The notes under the pieces are model-generated. The model was not told the DNA's origin. It did no database searches and saw only the letters and a program-made list of their open reading frames with translations. Positions 51,389 to 60,959 of a DNA stretch of 64,000 nucleotides are shown here, piece after piece (position 1 is the stretch's first letter; each line of letters begins with the position of its first letter). Position numbers and translations under genes: made by a program. The stretch is from Clostridia bacterium (GTDB taxonomy: Bacteria; Bacillota; Clostridia; Christensenellales; CAG-917), in the NCBI GenBank assembly GCA_017553325.1, contig JAFZMH010000004.1, positions 159,138-223,137 on the forward strand. The letters are read 5' to 3'.

Positions 51389-52269
51389 AAAAACCATTAT
51401 TCGAAGGCACTGCAACCGCGCTCGTCACTCCGTTCACCAAGACCGGAGTGGACTTTAAAGCGCTGGACGCGATTTTGGACTATCAGTTGCAAAACGGCGT
51501 AAACGCCGTGGTCGTACTCGGCACTACCGGCGAGCCCGCCACTATGAGCGAGGAAGAAAAAGAGGCGGTCGTACGCCTTGCGCTCCAAAAACTCAAAGGC
51601 AAAATACCCGTCGTCGTGGGCGCGGGAGCAAACGATACGAAAAAGACGATTATAAACGTGCAAGAGGCGGAACGTATGGGAGCGGACGGAGTATTGGCGG
51701 TGACACCGTACTACAACAAATGCACGCAGACGGGACTCTTGAAACACTATGCGGCAATCGCAAACTCGACGACTCTTCCCGTCATCGTCTACAACGTGCC
51801 ATCGCGCACGGGAGTAAACGTGCTCCCCGAAACCTTCTCCCGTCTCGCCGATATAGACAACGTCGTGGGCATAAAGGAAGCCAGCGGCAATATGGCGCAG
51901 ATATGCAAGGTCGCAAGTCTGATAAAAGACAAGGCAACCCTCTACTCGGGAGACGACGGCATAACCGTCCCCGTGATGTCCGTGGGCGGAAAAGGCGTGA
52001 TAAGCGTCGCAAGCAACGTCGTCCCGAAACTCGTCTCTGAGATGACGAGAGCATCTCTTTTAAAAGACTTTGAAACCGCCATGGAAAAACAACTGCTCCT
52101 GACGCCGCTCGTCGAAGCATTGTTCAAAGAGGTCAATCCCATCCCCGTAAAAAAAGCTTGCGAGCTTTTGGGGCTATGTTCGGCTAGGGTGCGACTGCCC
52201 TTGACGCACGCCTCGAAAAAGACTGCGAACGCACTGAAAAACGAACTTGCGAAATTGATTGATTTTTGA
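51385..52269 (+). CDS. dapA: 4-hydroxy-tetrahydrodipicolinate synthase
   Basis: 294 aa with TALVTPF, GTTGEPATMS, VTPYYNK, YNVPSRTG and GIKEASG (Schiff-base Lys). There is a 4-nt overlap with asd. Confidence 0.92.
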   Translation: MKKPLFEGTATALVTPFTKTGVDFKALDAILDYQLQNGVNAVVVLGTTGEPATMSEEEKEAVVRLALQKLKGKIPVVVGAGANDTKKTIINVQEAERMGADGVLAVTPYYNKCTQTGLLKHYAAIANSTTLPVIVYNVPSRTGVNVLPETFSRLADIDNVVGIKEASGNMAQICKVASLIKDKATLYSGDDGITVPVMSVGGKGVISVASNVVPKLVSEMTRASLLKDFETAMEKQLLLTPLVEALFKEVNPIPVKKACELLGLCSARVRLPLTHASKKTANALKNELAKLIDF

Positions 52270-52276
52270 CGAAAAA

Positions 52277-52317
52277 AGGCGTTTATCTCTCAAAACAGAG
52301 ACGATAAACGCCTTTTT
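52277..52317 (+). terminator. Rho-independent terminator after dapA
   Basis: AGGCGTTTATC...GATAAACGCCT is a long stem with an inner TCTC/AGAG extension, followed by TTTTT. An extended -10 (TGTTATAAT, 52317-52325) follows immediately. Confidence 0.75.
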
Positions 52318-52352
52318 GTTATAATAATCGTGGCAAATTCATAAGTTTTCGT

Positions 52353-53126
52353 ATGGAAGATTTTCAAGACAGAATACGCCTCGCTCTTAACGGCGCAAAC
52401 GGAAGAATGTGCCGCGCGATTGCACACGCCGTAAAGTGCGATTCCCGCTTTGAAACGGCGTTCGGGGTTGACAAGATAGTATTGAAAGACGAGCAATGTT
52501 TTCCCGTCTTCTCTTCCTTCGACGGCGTTCCGCCCTGCGACGTAGTCGTTGATTTTTCAACTCCGAAAGCGACTATGTCCGCACTTGAATTCGCGCTCAT
52601 GAAAAGCCTGCCCATACTCGTAGCCACTACGGGACACGACGAACCGCAACGCGAAAAAATCGAAAACGCGTCGAAGCATATCCCCGTTTTTTACGCAAGC
52701 AACACGTCCGTCGGGACGTATCTCGTCATACAACTTGCAGAAATTGCCGCCGCCTTTTTGTCCTACGACGTTGAAATCGTCGAAACTCATCATCGAATAA
52801 AGGCGGACGCGCCGAGCGGAACCGCGCTCGAAATAGCAAGCGCAATACGAGACGCAAGACGCAAATCGAGCGGCGAATACGTCCTTGCCTTAGGACACGA
52901 CTCACGGCGCGAGGAAAGACAAATCGGCATACACTCCGTACGTGGCGGGACCGTCGTCGGCAAACACGAAATACTTTTCCTCGGCGACGACGAACGCATC
53001 GTCATATCGCACGAGGCGGAAAACAAAAGCGTGTTCGTGCACGGCGCGCTGAAAGCCGCCGCCTTCCTCGTTGACAAGCCCCACGGGCTCTATGGAATGA
53101 AGGACCTTCTCGAAAATCAGTGTTAA
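52353..53126 (+). CDS. dapB: 4-hydroxy-tetrahydrodipicolinate reductase
   Basis: 257 aa with the nucleotide-binding start LNGANGRMCRAI, DFSTP, EIVETHHRIKADAPSGTA and HSVRGG blocks. Confidence 0.88.
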   Translation: MEDFQDRIRLALNGANGRMCRAIAHAVKCDSRFETAFGVDKIVLKDEQCFPVFSSFDGVPPCDVVVDFSTPKATMSALEFALMKSLPILVATTGHDEPQREKIENASKHIPVFYASNTSVGTYLVIQLAEIAAAFLSYDVEIVETHHRIKADAPSGTALEIASAIRDARRKSSGEYVLALGHDSRREERQIGIHSVRGGTVVGKHEILFLGDDERIVISHEAENKSVFVHGALKAAAFLVDKPHGLYGMKDLLENQC

Positions 53127-53127
53127 A

Positions 53128-53163
53128 CAAAAAAAGTCTTTGCAGAAGCAAAGACTTTTTTGC
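53128..53163. terminator. Bidirectional rho-independent terminator between dapB and the LRR gene
   Basis: A7-AGTCTTTGC-AGAA-GCAAAGACT-T7. Confidence 0.85.
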
Positions 53164-53181
53164 AATTTGTTTCAATATAGA

Positions 53182-56100
53182 TTACAGGGTGAACTTAACC
53201 TCGTAGCCCTCGAGGTCGCCATCCCAGCCGTCCTCTTTGTCGATGGCTTTCCACGCAATCTCGGTACCCTTGAAATTGATTGTGGTAAGCGAATCGCAAC
53301 CCTTGAGCGCATTTGCGCAGATCTTGGTCACGGACGACGGAATAGTGACCGCCGTGATTTGGTCGAGTCCGTACAACGCATAACCGTTGATTGCCGTCAC
53401 GCTGTCAGGAACCGCTATCGTATTCGCTCCGCCAACATAGTCGATAAGATACTCTTCGGATTCGCTGACGGTGTACACGACGTAGCCGTTTTCGTCTGTC
53501 GAAATATTGCTGCCGCCACCGCTGAACACTCTCAAAGCGTAGTCCGCAATACCGCCGAATCTACCCTTCTCTGTCTCGTCCGCCGGAATCGTGATTTCAA
53601 GCGAAGACAAATTGAACACTTCGACGAGCCTATAGCAACCGAGGAACGCGTTGTCGGAAATGGTTTCGATTCCTGTCGTCACCATAAAGAATTTGAGTCT
53701 CGTGCAGTTTAGGAACGCGTTGTTTCCGATGATCTTGACCGTGTCGGGCAAGACGATGTTCGTAAGGCTCGCGCAATTCTCAAACGCTTGGTTGCTGATT
53801 TCCTCAACGCTCGTATTTATCAATACGAGGTTTTCGAGTCCGCTACCCGAGAAAGCCATAGCGTCGATATCCGCGAGTTTAGAATTCTCGCCGATTGTGA
53901 GCGTCGCAAGGCTCAAGCAATCTTTGAACGACATCTTGCCGATATACTCGAGAGAATCAGGCACGCGCTCTTGCGTACTGACGAGCGTAGAACTTCCGCT
54001 CTTGTAAATCGTGAGCATTTCGTTGAACGTGCCGTTCGTTTGATCCTTCTTGATCGTCACCTTGTTCAAGATTGTGTCGGGCAAATACACGAAACCGCTG
54101 AACGTCTTCGGCACGGTGAGAATGTCCACAGTCGAAGTGATATAGTCGGTCTCGTAGATTGCATACTCAAACTCGAACTTCTCCGGCATCTTGAAATCGC
54201 CCACCTTAAAGCCGGTTGTCGGATCGTTGAGTTCCTGCTCCGTGGTATAGAATTTGATTATCGAACTGTCGCTTGCGACGTCCGCGAGATATTCGTTGAT
54301 GAGCGCTCTGTTGGCTTCGTTGTCGAGAACCCAAATCTTACGCGTCGTATCAAGCGCTTGCGCGTTCTTCTTGACGACGATGAAGATGCCGTTTTCGTCG
54401 TTGACGACGGAAACGAGTTCGCGATGTTGTTCGACGACGCAGTCTCCGTCTTTCACACCGGTAGACTCGTCTTGCAACTCTTCGGAAGAGGTGTAGAATT
54501 TGACTTTGGCGTCCTTCTTCAAGACAACCGTAAGGCTGGTCTTGCTGTATGTGACGGACAGTATCTTGCGTCCTTGATCGACGATGCAGTCGCCCTCTTT
54601 CGCACCGGTAGTCTCATTTGCGAGGTCTTCGTCTGTGAGATAGAACTTGACTCTGCCGCTCTCGAGCAAACTTCTCATGCTGTTGTTTGCATACGCCTTG
54701 TTGGCGATGTCGTCGTAGAGCCACACGGTGCCGTTTGCGCCGCCCGACAATTTCTCTTCGGTGCTCAATTCTTCCATCAAATACTTCTGCGCAAAGGCTT
54801 GATTTTCCGCGCTCTTGTAGAGCCAAATCGTACCGCCTGCGACGCCACGGAGTTCCTCAATCTCTCTGACCGAGAACTCAATCGGCTGAGTGAACGAAGG
54901 CGTAATGACGATATTGCCGTTGACTTGCGGAATATCCTTCAAGTTGCCCTTGAGTTGCGCTTCGACTTTCTTGTATTCCTTGTCGAGAACGAACTTTGAC
55001 GTGTTGAGTCTGAATCTCGATTGCGCGGCTGAGTTGCGCTTGTCGGCCTCGGTGTAGAACTCAACGCTCTTTCCGCTGAGGTTCAATCTCGCGTACTCTC
55101 TGTTGTACTCCGTATCGTAGAGCCAAATCGTACCGTTGACCTTCTTGAACAAATCGTCGGTAAACACAGGGGTCGCGATATACTTTGTCGTCGTAATGCC
55201 GTCGGTCTCCGTCCAAGTAAACTCGTTCGGAACCGTGATTATCGTCGGAAGAATCGGGAACAGAAGTTCCGAAATCTCAACCGTGCCGTAGGATACGATT
55301 GAAATGCTCGTGTCCGTAAACATCGTAGACTCGATTTCGTTCGCTTGATATTCCTGTTGCGTTGCGGTAAAGATTTCCGCAAGAAGCGTACAACCTTCAA
55401 ACGCGCTGTCCGAAACCTTCTCTATCGTCGCGGGCATATAGACCGTTCTCAAATTGACAAAGTCTTTGAACGCGCCCTTGCCGATTTCCGTGACCGTATA
55501 AGTAGTCTTGACTTTCTTTCCGTTGACTGTCTCCTCAATCGTATACTTGTCCGGAAGAACGAGAGTATCCGCAGTCTTTGTGGTGCAGGCGGTTATTCTC
55601 GCGGTCTTTGCGACAGGGCTCACGGTTTCAACCGTGAACGTTGAGTTGTCCGCTTCGAGAACTACCGCATAGGTTATAAGCGCCTCAATACCGCCCGGGA
55701 GCGCCTTCTTGTTCGTGTAGCGAATTTTCGCCGTATGCTGACCGAGCTTGTCGGTGACGAGAGCAGTCGCAGGCTTGTTGTCGACTTGTGTGATTTGGAA
55801 AGTCTCCGAAGTCAACGTCAAATGCTCTTCAACCAAAGCCCCGTCCTGTCCTCTCAAATAGACCACGGCGTTCTTGAGATACGTGTTAGCGTTTCCGTTG
55901 AGCGGGATTGAAATTGCTTCTTTTTGAATTATTGCCTCGTAGAGCGACAAGACGCCCTTGTATGTCATAGTCACGTGATAAACGCCTATGCCGTAGAAGT
56001 CGACGGTAAATTCAACCTTGCCTTCTCTGCTGATGGTCGGGTTGAAGTTCATCGCTTGAGAAATCTCGAGGTACTTCGGCGCGCTCGTATAATCTCTGTA

Positions 56101-59100
56101 GCAGAATTTGAGTTTGCTCAAATCGAGTTTGTGAGAAGTATAGAACGTGGGGACCGTCCCGGCAACGTCGCCTGTAAACCCTTCTATCCAGAAGATGCTC
56201 GACGAAGTGTTGCCGTCCGCGTTAAGCGTGGAACCGATTTCGGGTTTGCCCATAATGGCGTTGTGCGCGTTGATAAAGAACGCGTGGTCGTCATAGAAAT
56301 GCTTATACACCGTGCCGTTGAAGGTGAATTCGATAAAGTAGGTGCCTTCCGCAATTGTAGGGTCTATTGTCACTTCGTTGTAAAGTTGTTTTCCGTCGTT
56401 GTCCAAAACCGGGTCGCCGTTGCCGTCGTATTTCGGAGTGTAATACTTGACACTGTTTTCCGTAAGGTCAAGGTCGAAATATTTCTTTACGCCGGAATTG
56501 CTCTCCGCCACGATACCGTTGTGTTCGTTGCCAAAGGCAACGTTCGTGCCGTCGAGGATTCTGTCCTGTTTGATGGCAGGATTGATGTATGCGTCTATTA
56601 TAGTCTCAACTCTGAACGCGTCCTTGTTGAGTCTGAATAACTCGTACCAAACGGGGTCGCTCTCCGCGCAGTCCGCCGTGCCGAGATAGTCGTAAACTTC
56701 CTTCGTGAAATAGAGTTTGACGCCGCTCGCAAGCACTCCTTTGGAGTTTGCAAACGAGTAGTTGGAAATTCGCGGAATATTCGTGAGACTCTTCACGGTC
56801 TTGCCTTCGACCACTTGCGACTTGACGGCAGCGTCCGTAAAGATGAAACTCTTGAGATTGAGTCCGCCCGCAAACGCGTAGTCCTCTATTCTTTCGAGAT
56901 TTCCTCTCATCTCAACCGTCTCGATAAGGCTGGCGTAGGTGTTGAAAGCGTATTCCGCAATCACCGTGACGTTGTCGGGGATAACCGCGTTTCTATACGT
57001 ATAGCTCTGCGAATATACAGTGGTCAAAATGCCGCTTACTATCGTAAACGTCTTGTCCTTGACCCAATCGGTGGTGATAAACGCGTCTTTGCCGACGGTT
57101 TTTATCTTGCTCTCATCTTCAAACGTGACCGTCGAGAGGTTTACGCAATCTTTGAACGCGCTCGGCGCGATGTTAACGATATTGCTCTTGACTTCGTATG
57201 ACGTGACGATTGCGGGGTTCTTTATTCTATAAAGAATATTGCCGATTACGACTGCGCCGTTGTCGACGTTCGTCGTTTGCTCCAAGAACTTGGCGTCAAA
57301 CGCGGATTCGCCGATATACTCGAGTCTCGCGCCGGAGGTCACCGTCTTGAGATTGACGAGTCCCTTGAACGCGTTGTTGTGGATATAGTTGATATTGTCG
57401 GAAATCGTTATCGTCTTGAGCGCTGTGGCTTCCGAGAAGCAACCTGCCGAAATATTGTAGACCTTTTTGTCGCCGACTTCATAGAAGCCGAGGTCGCTCA
57501 TATCCAAATCTTCGACTTTGTCGACGTCTTTGCCCGTATACTTGTAGAGCGCGGTGCCTATCTTGATGATGCCGCTCGTCTTGCCGCCGTCAAAAGTCGG
57601 ATGTTCTTGCCAATAGGTCTTTGCGAAAGCGTCCTCGCCGACTTCGGTGATATTGTTGTGAGTCGGGAACACGACGTCTTTGAGATATACGCAGGAACCG
57701 AACGCGCGCGTGCCTATCGTAGTAAGGTTGGTCGCACGCGACAAATCTACGGTGACGAGAGACTTGGAGTCCACGAGCGCGTGGTAGCCGATTTCCGTGA
57801 CGGGGTGCAATTCACCCTCCCACCTGAGTTCGGACGTGAGAATAAATTCGTTCATAGAGGCGTCGGTGAGTTTGTCGATACGCAGAGTACCGTCGGCCTT
57901 CAACGTGATGCCGTCTTTGAACGCGTAGTTCGTATAATAATCGCTCAAAACCTCAATGAGTTCATCCTCTTTATTTGGAGCCTTGAGGTCTTCGTCCAAG
58001 ATCCATTCGACGTAAACCGTCTCGTCTTTCAAGACCTTTGCCGTACTCAAAATCCTGTCCGTGTGAATTTCATCGCGGTAAATACCGTTGTTTTCAAAGC
58101 TTCCGCCCGCCTTTTCGAGCACGCTCAAAATGTCGATGACTTTTACGGTTATCGTATCGTCCGAGTTCCTGTTCGTCCTGATATTTGCCACGTACTTGTC
58201 GTAGGCGACGTTATAGCTGAAACCGGAGAACGTAATCTTGTTTGCGTTGCCGGAAGCCAAGTCGAATTGAACTTCCGCGTCGACGAAAGTGAGACCGGTG
58301 GTGTCCGTTATCGTACTCGCGGCGTTATTCTTGAACGTGCCACCCATCGTGTAGAGGGTGAGCGAATAGAATTCCGGCGTCCAGTGCGCGTAGAGCGTGA
58401 AGCCTTCTCTCCTGACGTTTTGCGTGAAGAGCCAACGCTCACCGCCGTCCTTTTGAGTGTACCAACCCGCAAAGTTGTAGCCGTAATATGCGTTGATGGT
58501 TTCCGCGTCCGGCTTGGGGACGAGACCGGTGTCCATCTTGATTTGTCTGTCGACGAGTTCTTCTCTGAAAAGGTCCGCGTCTTTGTCCGTTCTGAAAATG
58601 GCTCCGTTGGGGGTGTTTATGTCAAACTTGACCGTGACGATAGCGTCCGTCCAAAAAAGAGAATACGTTGCGTCCTGTGAAAATACTATGGGTTCTGTTG
58701 ATCCGGAGGAATAGACTTTTTTGTTGGTTGAATCAAGCAAGCTGTCGATGACGTAGCCGCTCTTTAAGGTGAGGAAATATCTCTCAAACTCCGTCCAGGA
58801 ATCGAGTTGCATACCCTTTTGGACGGTAATAACTTGCGTGTCGTTCTCGGTAGCCGGCTTGCCAAAGCAGGCGGTGCCGCCGTTGAGCCTGAATTTGAGA
58901 TTGATAAACTCAATGTTTGATTCCGCTTCCGCGACGTTCAAAACGAACGCGCCTTGAATCGGGACTCTTCTGCCACCGACAGGAAGGGAAACTCTTATCG
59001 TATGTTTGCCGGGTGATTGCAACAACGGTCTGCACTCTTCGTCTATCATGTCGAGCGTGAGCGGCATAATACGATTGTCGAACGCCACGCCGGAAGGATA

Positions 59101-59385
59101 AATGATTTGATAACTTACGATATCGCCTATATCAAAATCTTCGGCTGTGACGACACTGAGCGGAATCTTCGTGAAGACTGAGGACATGTATTTGGTAAAT
59201 ACGAACCTCAGCATTAAATTATCATCACTGTTGCCCGCTTTCGTGGCAACGTCTTCGCCGGGGTCCTCTTGTCCTACCGTTGCGGGGGCATTGCTGAGGT
59301 TCACTTTTCCGCACGCGACAAGCGCGAGTGCCAAAATGAACACCGCAACCAAGAATAGCACCAGCAAATTGACTTTTCTTTTCAT
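53182..59385 (-). CDS. Giant (2,067-aa) surface lipoprotein with BspA-type leucine-rich repeats and a Listeria-Bacteroides-type repeat
   Basis: Lipoprotein signal MKRKVNLLVLFLVAVFILALALVAC. There are several blocks of ~23-aa LRR_5-like units (AFKGLVNLKTVT, AFKDCVNLSTVTF, AFENCASLTNIVLPDTVKIIGNNAFLNCTRLKFF, AFLGCYRLVEV). One unit of the YGYNFAGWYTQKDGGERWLF......EGFTLYAHW type is present. A central region carries novel repeats. Confidence 0.85.
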   Translation of the reverse strand: MKRKVNLLVLFLVAVFILALALVACGKVNLSNAPATVGQEDPGEDVATKAGNSDDNLMLRFVFTKYMSSVFTKIPLSVVTAEDFDIGDIVSYQIIYPSGVAFDNRIMPLTLDMIDEECRPLLQSPGKHTIRVSLPVGGRRVPIQGAFVLNVAEAESNIEFINLKFRLNGGTACFGKPATENDTQVITVQKGMQLDSWTEFERYFLTLKSGYVIDSLLDSTNKKVYSSGSTEPIVFSQDATYSLFWTDAIVTVKFDINTPNGAIFRTDKDADLFREELVDRQIKMDTGLVPKPDAETINAYYGYNFAGWYTQKDGGERWLFTQNVRREGFTLYAHWTPEFYSLTLYTMGGTFKNNAASTITDTTGLTFVDAEVQFDLASGNANKITFSGFSYNVAYDKYVANIRTNRNSDDTITVKVIDILSVLEKAGGSFENNGIYRDEIHTDRILSTAKVLKDETVYVEWILDEDLKAPNKEDELIEVLSDYYTNYAFKDGITLKADGTLRIDKLTDASMNEFILTSELRWEGELHPVTEIGYHALVDSKSLVTVDLSRATNLTTIGTRAFGSCVYLKDVVFPTHNNITEVGEDAFAKTYWQEHPTFDGGKTSGIIKIGTALYKYTGKDVDKVEDLDMSDLGFYEVGDKKVYNISAGCFSEATALKTITISDNINYIHNNAFKGLVNLKTVTSGARLEYIGESAFDAKFLEQTTNVDNGAVVIGNILYRIKNPAIVTSYEVKSNIVNIAPSAFKDCVNLSTVTFEDESKIKTVGKDAFITTDWVKDKTFTIVSGILTTVYSQSYTYRNAVIPDNVTVIAEYAFNTYASLIETVEMRGNLERIEDYAFAGGLNLKSFIFTDAAVKSQVVEGKTVKSLTNIPRISNYSFANSKGVLASGVKLYFTKEVYDYLGTADCAESDPVWYELFRLNKDAFRVETIIDAYINPAIKQDRILDGTNVAFGNEHNGIVAESNSGVKKYFDLDLTENSVKYYTPKYDGNGDPVLDNDGKQLYNEVTIDPTIAEGTYFIEFTFNGTVYKHFYDDHAFFINAHNAIMGKPEIGSTLNADGNTSSSIFWIEGFTGDVAGTVPTFYTSHKLDLSKLKFCYRDYTSAPKYLEISQAMNFNPTISREGKVEFTVDFYGIGVYHVTMTYKGVLSLYEAIIQKEAISIPLNGNANTYLKNAVVYLRGQDGALVEEHLTLTSETFQITQVDNKPATALVTDKLGQHTAKIRYTNKKALPGGIEALITYAVVLEADNSTFTVETVSPVAKTARITACTTKTADTLVLPDKYTIEETVNGKKVKTTYTVTEIGKGAFKDFVNLRTVYMPATIEKVSDSAFEGCTLLAEIFTATQQEYQANEIESTMFTDTSISIVSYGTVEISELLFPILPTIITVPNEFTWTETDGITTTKYIATPVFTDDLFKKVNGTIWLYDTEYNREYARLNLSGKSVEFYTEADKRNSAAQSRFRLNTSKFVLDKEYKKVEAQLKGNLKDIPQVNGNIVITPSFTQPIEFSVREIEELRGVAGGTIWLYKSAENQAFAQKYLMEELSTEEKLSGGANGTVWLYDDIANKAYANNSMRSLLESGRVKFYLTDEDLANETTGAKEGDCIVDQGRKILSVTYSKTSLTVVLKKDAKVKFYTSSEELQDESTGVKDGDCVVEQHRELVSVVNDENGIFIVVKKNAQALDTTRKIWVLDNEANRALINEYLADVASDSSIIKFYTTEQELNDPTTGFKVGDFKMPEKFEFEYAIYETDYITSTVDILTVPKTFSGFVYLPDTILNKVTIKKDQTNGTFNEMLTIYKSGSSTLVSTQERVPDSLEYIGKMSFKDCLSLATLTIGENSKLADIDAMAFSGSGLENLVLINTSVEEISNQAFENCASLTNIVLPDTVKIIGNNAFLNCTRLKFFMVTTGIETISDNAFLGCYRLVEVFNLSSLEITIPADETEKGRFGGIADYALRVFSGGGSNISTDENGYVVYTVSESEEYLIDYVGGANTIAVPDSVTAINGYALYGLDQITAVTIPSSVTKICANALKGCDSLTTINFKGTEIAWKAIDKEDGWDGDLEGYEVKFTL

Positions 59386-59398
59386 AGTCTTTCCACCT

Positions 59399-59429
59399 TA
59401 TATATACGCGTAAGCGCGTATGCACATAT
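59399..59429 (-). promoter_or_regulatory. Alternating pyrimidine/purine tracts and hairpin in the 5' leader of the LRR gene
   Basis: The plus strand has TATATATACGCGTA (14 nt), then A, then GCGCGTATGCACATAT (16 nt). These include the hairpin ATACGCG-TAAG-CGCGTAT (59404-59421). The element lies between the predicted -10 and the SD (AAGGTGG). Confidence 0.4.
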
Positions 59430-59441
59430 TTATACAAAATA

Positions 59442-59470
59442 ATATTACTAAAAAAACTTTTGATTGTCAA
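59442..59470 (-). promoter_or_regulatory. Candidate sigma-A promoter of the LRR lipoprotein gene
   Basis: The minus strand reads TTGACA-ATCAAAAGTTTTTTTAG(17)-TAATAT, about 57 nt upstream of ATG 59385. Confidence 0.55.
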
Positions 59471-59546
59471 TACAAAATAGTTTTTAGATGCTTCTTCTCC
59501 GCGCAACGCGAGAGGGCGCGCGCACAAAATAGCGCGTTAGAATATC

Positions 59547-59574
59547 AAAAACCGCCCGATTTTAAGTCGAGCGG
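59547..59574 (-). terminator. Rho-independent terminator after the acyltransferase gene
   Basis: Minus strand: CCGCUCGA-CUUAAAA-UCGGGCGG (one G.U pair), then UUUUUGAUAUU. Confidence 0.7.
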
Positions 59575-59624
59575 AAAATTATAAAATTATTTTAATTTTA
59601 TTTTTGCAAACTCAAAAACGCGTT

Positions 59625-60953
59625 TTAACCGCGATTTTTAAACATTTCTTCGACGGCGAGAGTATACTTCGTCGACGGTTTTCTGGAATCGAAAACAAAT
59701 CTATAAGTATGCTTTTCGTCGTACATATCCACGGCAAATCCCGGTTGATTTGCAATCGTGTCGCACTTTGTGATGTTAAACTCCACGTGCTTGAACTCGT
59801 CTTCGACGGGTTCTCTTTCCTGCCCTTTCACCTCGTACTCCATATTGTTGATTTCATAGTCGTAGGCGATGTTTTTGAGGCGCATATCGTCCGTGCAAAC
59901 GAAACGGAGAAACATCTTGTCAAGCGAAAGTATTCCTTCGCACGCGAAGCGGTAGCCGTTTTTTTGTTCGTTTTCAACGAACAATTTCACCTTGTCCTCA
60001 AGGCGGAAATCGTCCTTTTTCACCTCTTCGGCGACAAGCGAACGTTCAAAATCGTACCAAAGATCTATGCGGTCAAACGTCTTGCCGTCCTCTCCGACGG
60101 GAAGAAGCGCGCCCGTATGCGCGTATTTTATTTTGTTTCCGCACTTTAAGCAGACGATCTCGTCGTCCTTTGTCGAGAGTTCAAATTGACTCTTGCATTT
60201 CGGGCAGACGTAGAGAAGGCGTTCAAGTCCCTCGGCATAGCGTTCGCCCTCGAAGCCGATTCCCGTCTCGGCTTGCCATTCGTGCTCGTTGTGCGCGAGC
60301 GCCTTGACGATACCCTCGTAAATCTCCTCTTTCGAGAGGGTTTTGACCTGCTCTTTTGAAAAGAGCAAGTCGTAGGAAGCAAAGTTTCTTCCGTTTCGTT
60401 TGTTGTACGCCCATTTCGGACGGACGAAACTCGAACCTTCGAGCTTGCACACCGCAACGGGATAGCCGAGCCATTCGACAAGTCTTGCGGTAGACTCCGC
60501 AATCGCCCCCGTCTTGCCGTCCGCGGAGACCTTGCCCTCGGGGCACAGCACGACGGATATGCCCGCGTCGAGGTTTTTCTTTATCATCTTGATGCATTGA
60601 AAGTCCGCAAAATATTGACGCTTTGGAATGGCGTGATACATCGTTATCAACTTTGCGAAGATAGGTTTTGAAAACATCATATTCTCCGCCACGACGAAAT
60701 TGACCTTGTGCCAGTGAACGGGCGCGGAAAAATTGATAAAATCGTAGGCGGAAAGATGATTGGAAACGATGAGCACCGCGCCCTTTTTAATTTCGTCCTT
60801 GAACGCCCTAGAACGCTTGTGCCTGCAATGCAAGACGAAATAACTCACGAATCTCGTGAGCAACAAAAAAACAAAGCAATAAAACGTGGAAAACTTCACG
60901 TCGTTTTTTGCCCGTCTTTTTTTGTCCTTTGCAATGCCATTGTTCTTCGCCAT
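59625..60953 (-). CDS. PlsC-family (lysophospholipid) acyltransferase with a long C-terminal extension containing a zinc-ribbon
   Basis: It has the HX4D motif (VSNHLSAYDF) and PEG motif (LCPEGKVSADGKTG). A CPKC...(14)...CLKC ribbon follows, then a ~170-aa unknown domain. The start is ambiguous. I prefer ATG 60953 (MAKNNGIAKDKKRR, basic stretch plus TM) over the ORF-track ATG 61052, which would overlap the upstream gene by 55 nt. Confidence 0.7.
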   Translation of the reverse strand: MAKNNGIAKDKKRRAKNDVKFSTFYCFVFLLLTRFVSYFVLHCRHKRSRAFKDEIKKGAVLIVSNHLSAYDFINFSAPVHWHKVNFVVAENMMFSKPIFAKLITMYHAIPKRQYFADFQCIKMIKKNLDAGISVVLCPEGKVSADGKTGAIAESTARLVEWLGYPVAVCKLEGSSFVRPKWAYNKRNGRNFASYDLLFSKEQVKTLSKEEIYEGIVKALAHNEHEWQAETGIGFEGERYAEGLERLLYVCPKCKSQFELSTKDDEIVCLKCGNKIKYAHTGALLPVGEDGKTFDRIDLWYDFERSLVAEEVKKDDFRLEDKVKLFVENEQKNGYRFACEGILSLDKMFLRFVCTDDMRLKNIAYDYEINNMEYEVKGQEREPVEDEFKHVEFNITKCDTIANQPGFAVDMYDEKHTYRFVFDSRKPSTKYTLAVEEMFKNRG

Positions 60954-60959
60954 AATTTG

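Noticed and set aside
53788-58680. 403-aa (53788-54999), 238-aa (55924-56640) and 467-aa (57277-58680) plus-strand ORFs inside the LRR gene.
   Set aside because: They are antisense to a 6.2-kb ORF with a clear lipoprotein signal and LRR units. Composition is typical of shadow frames and there are no translation signals.
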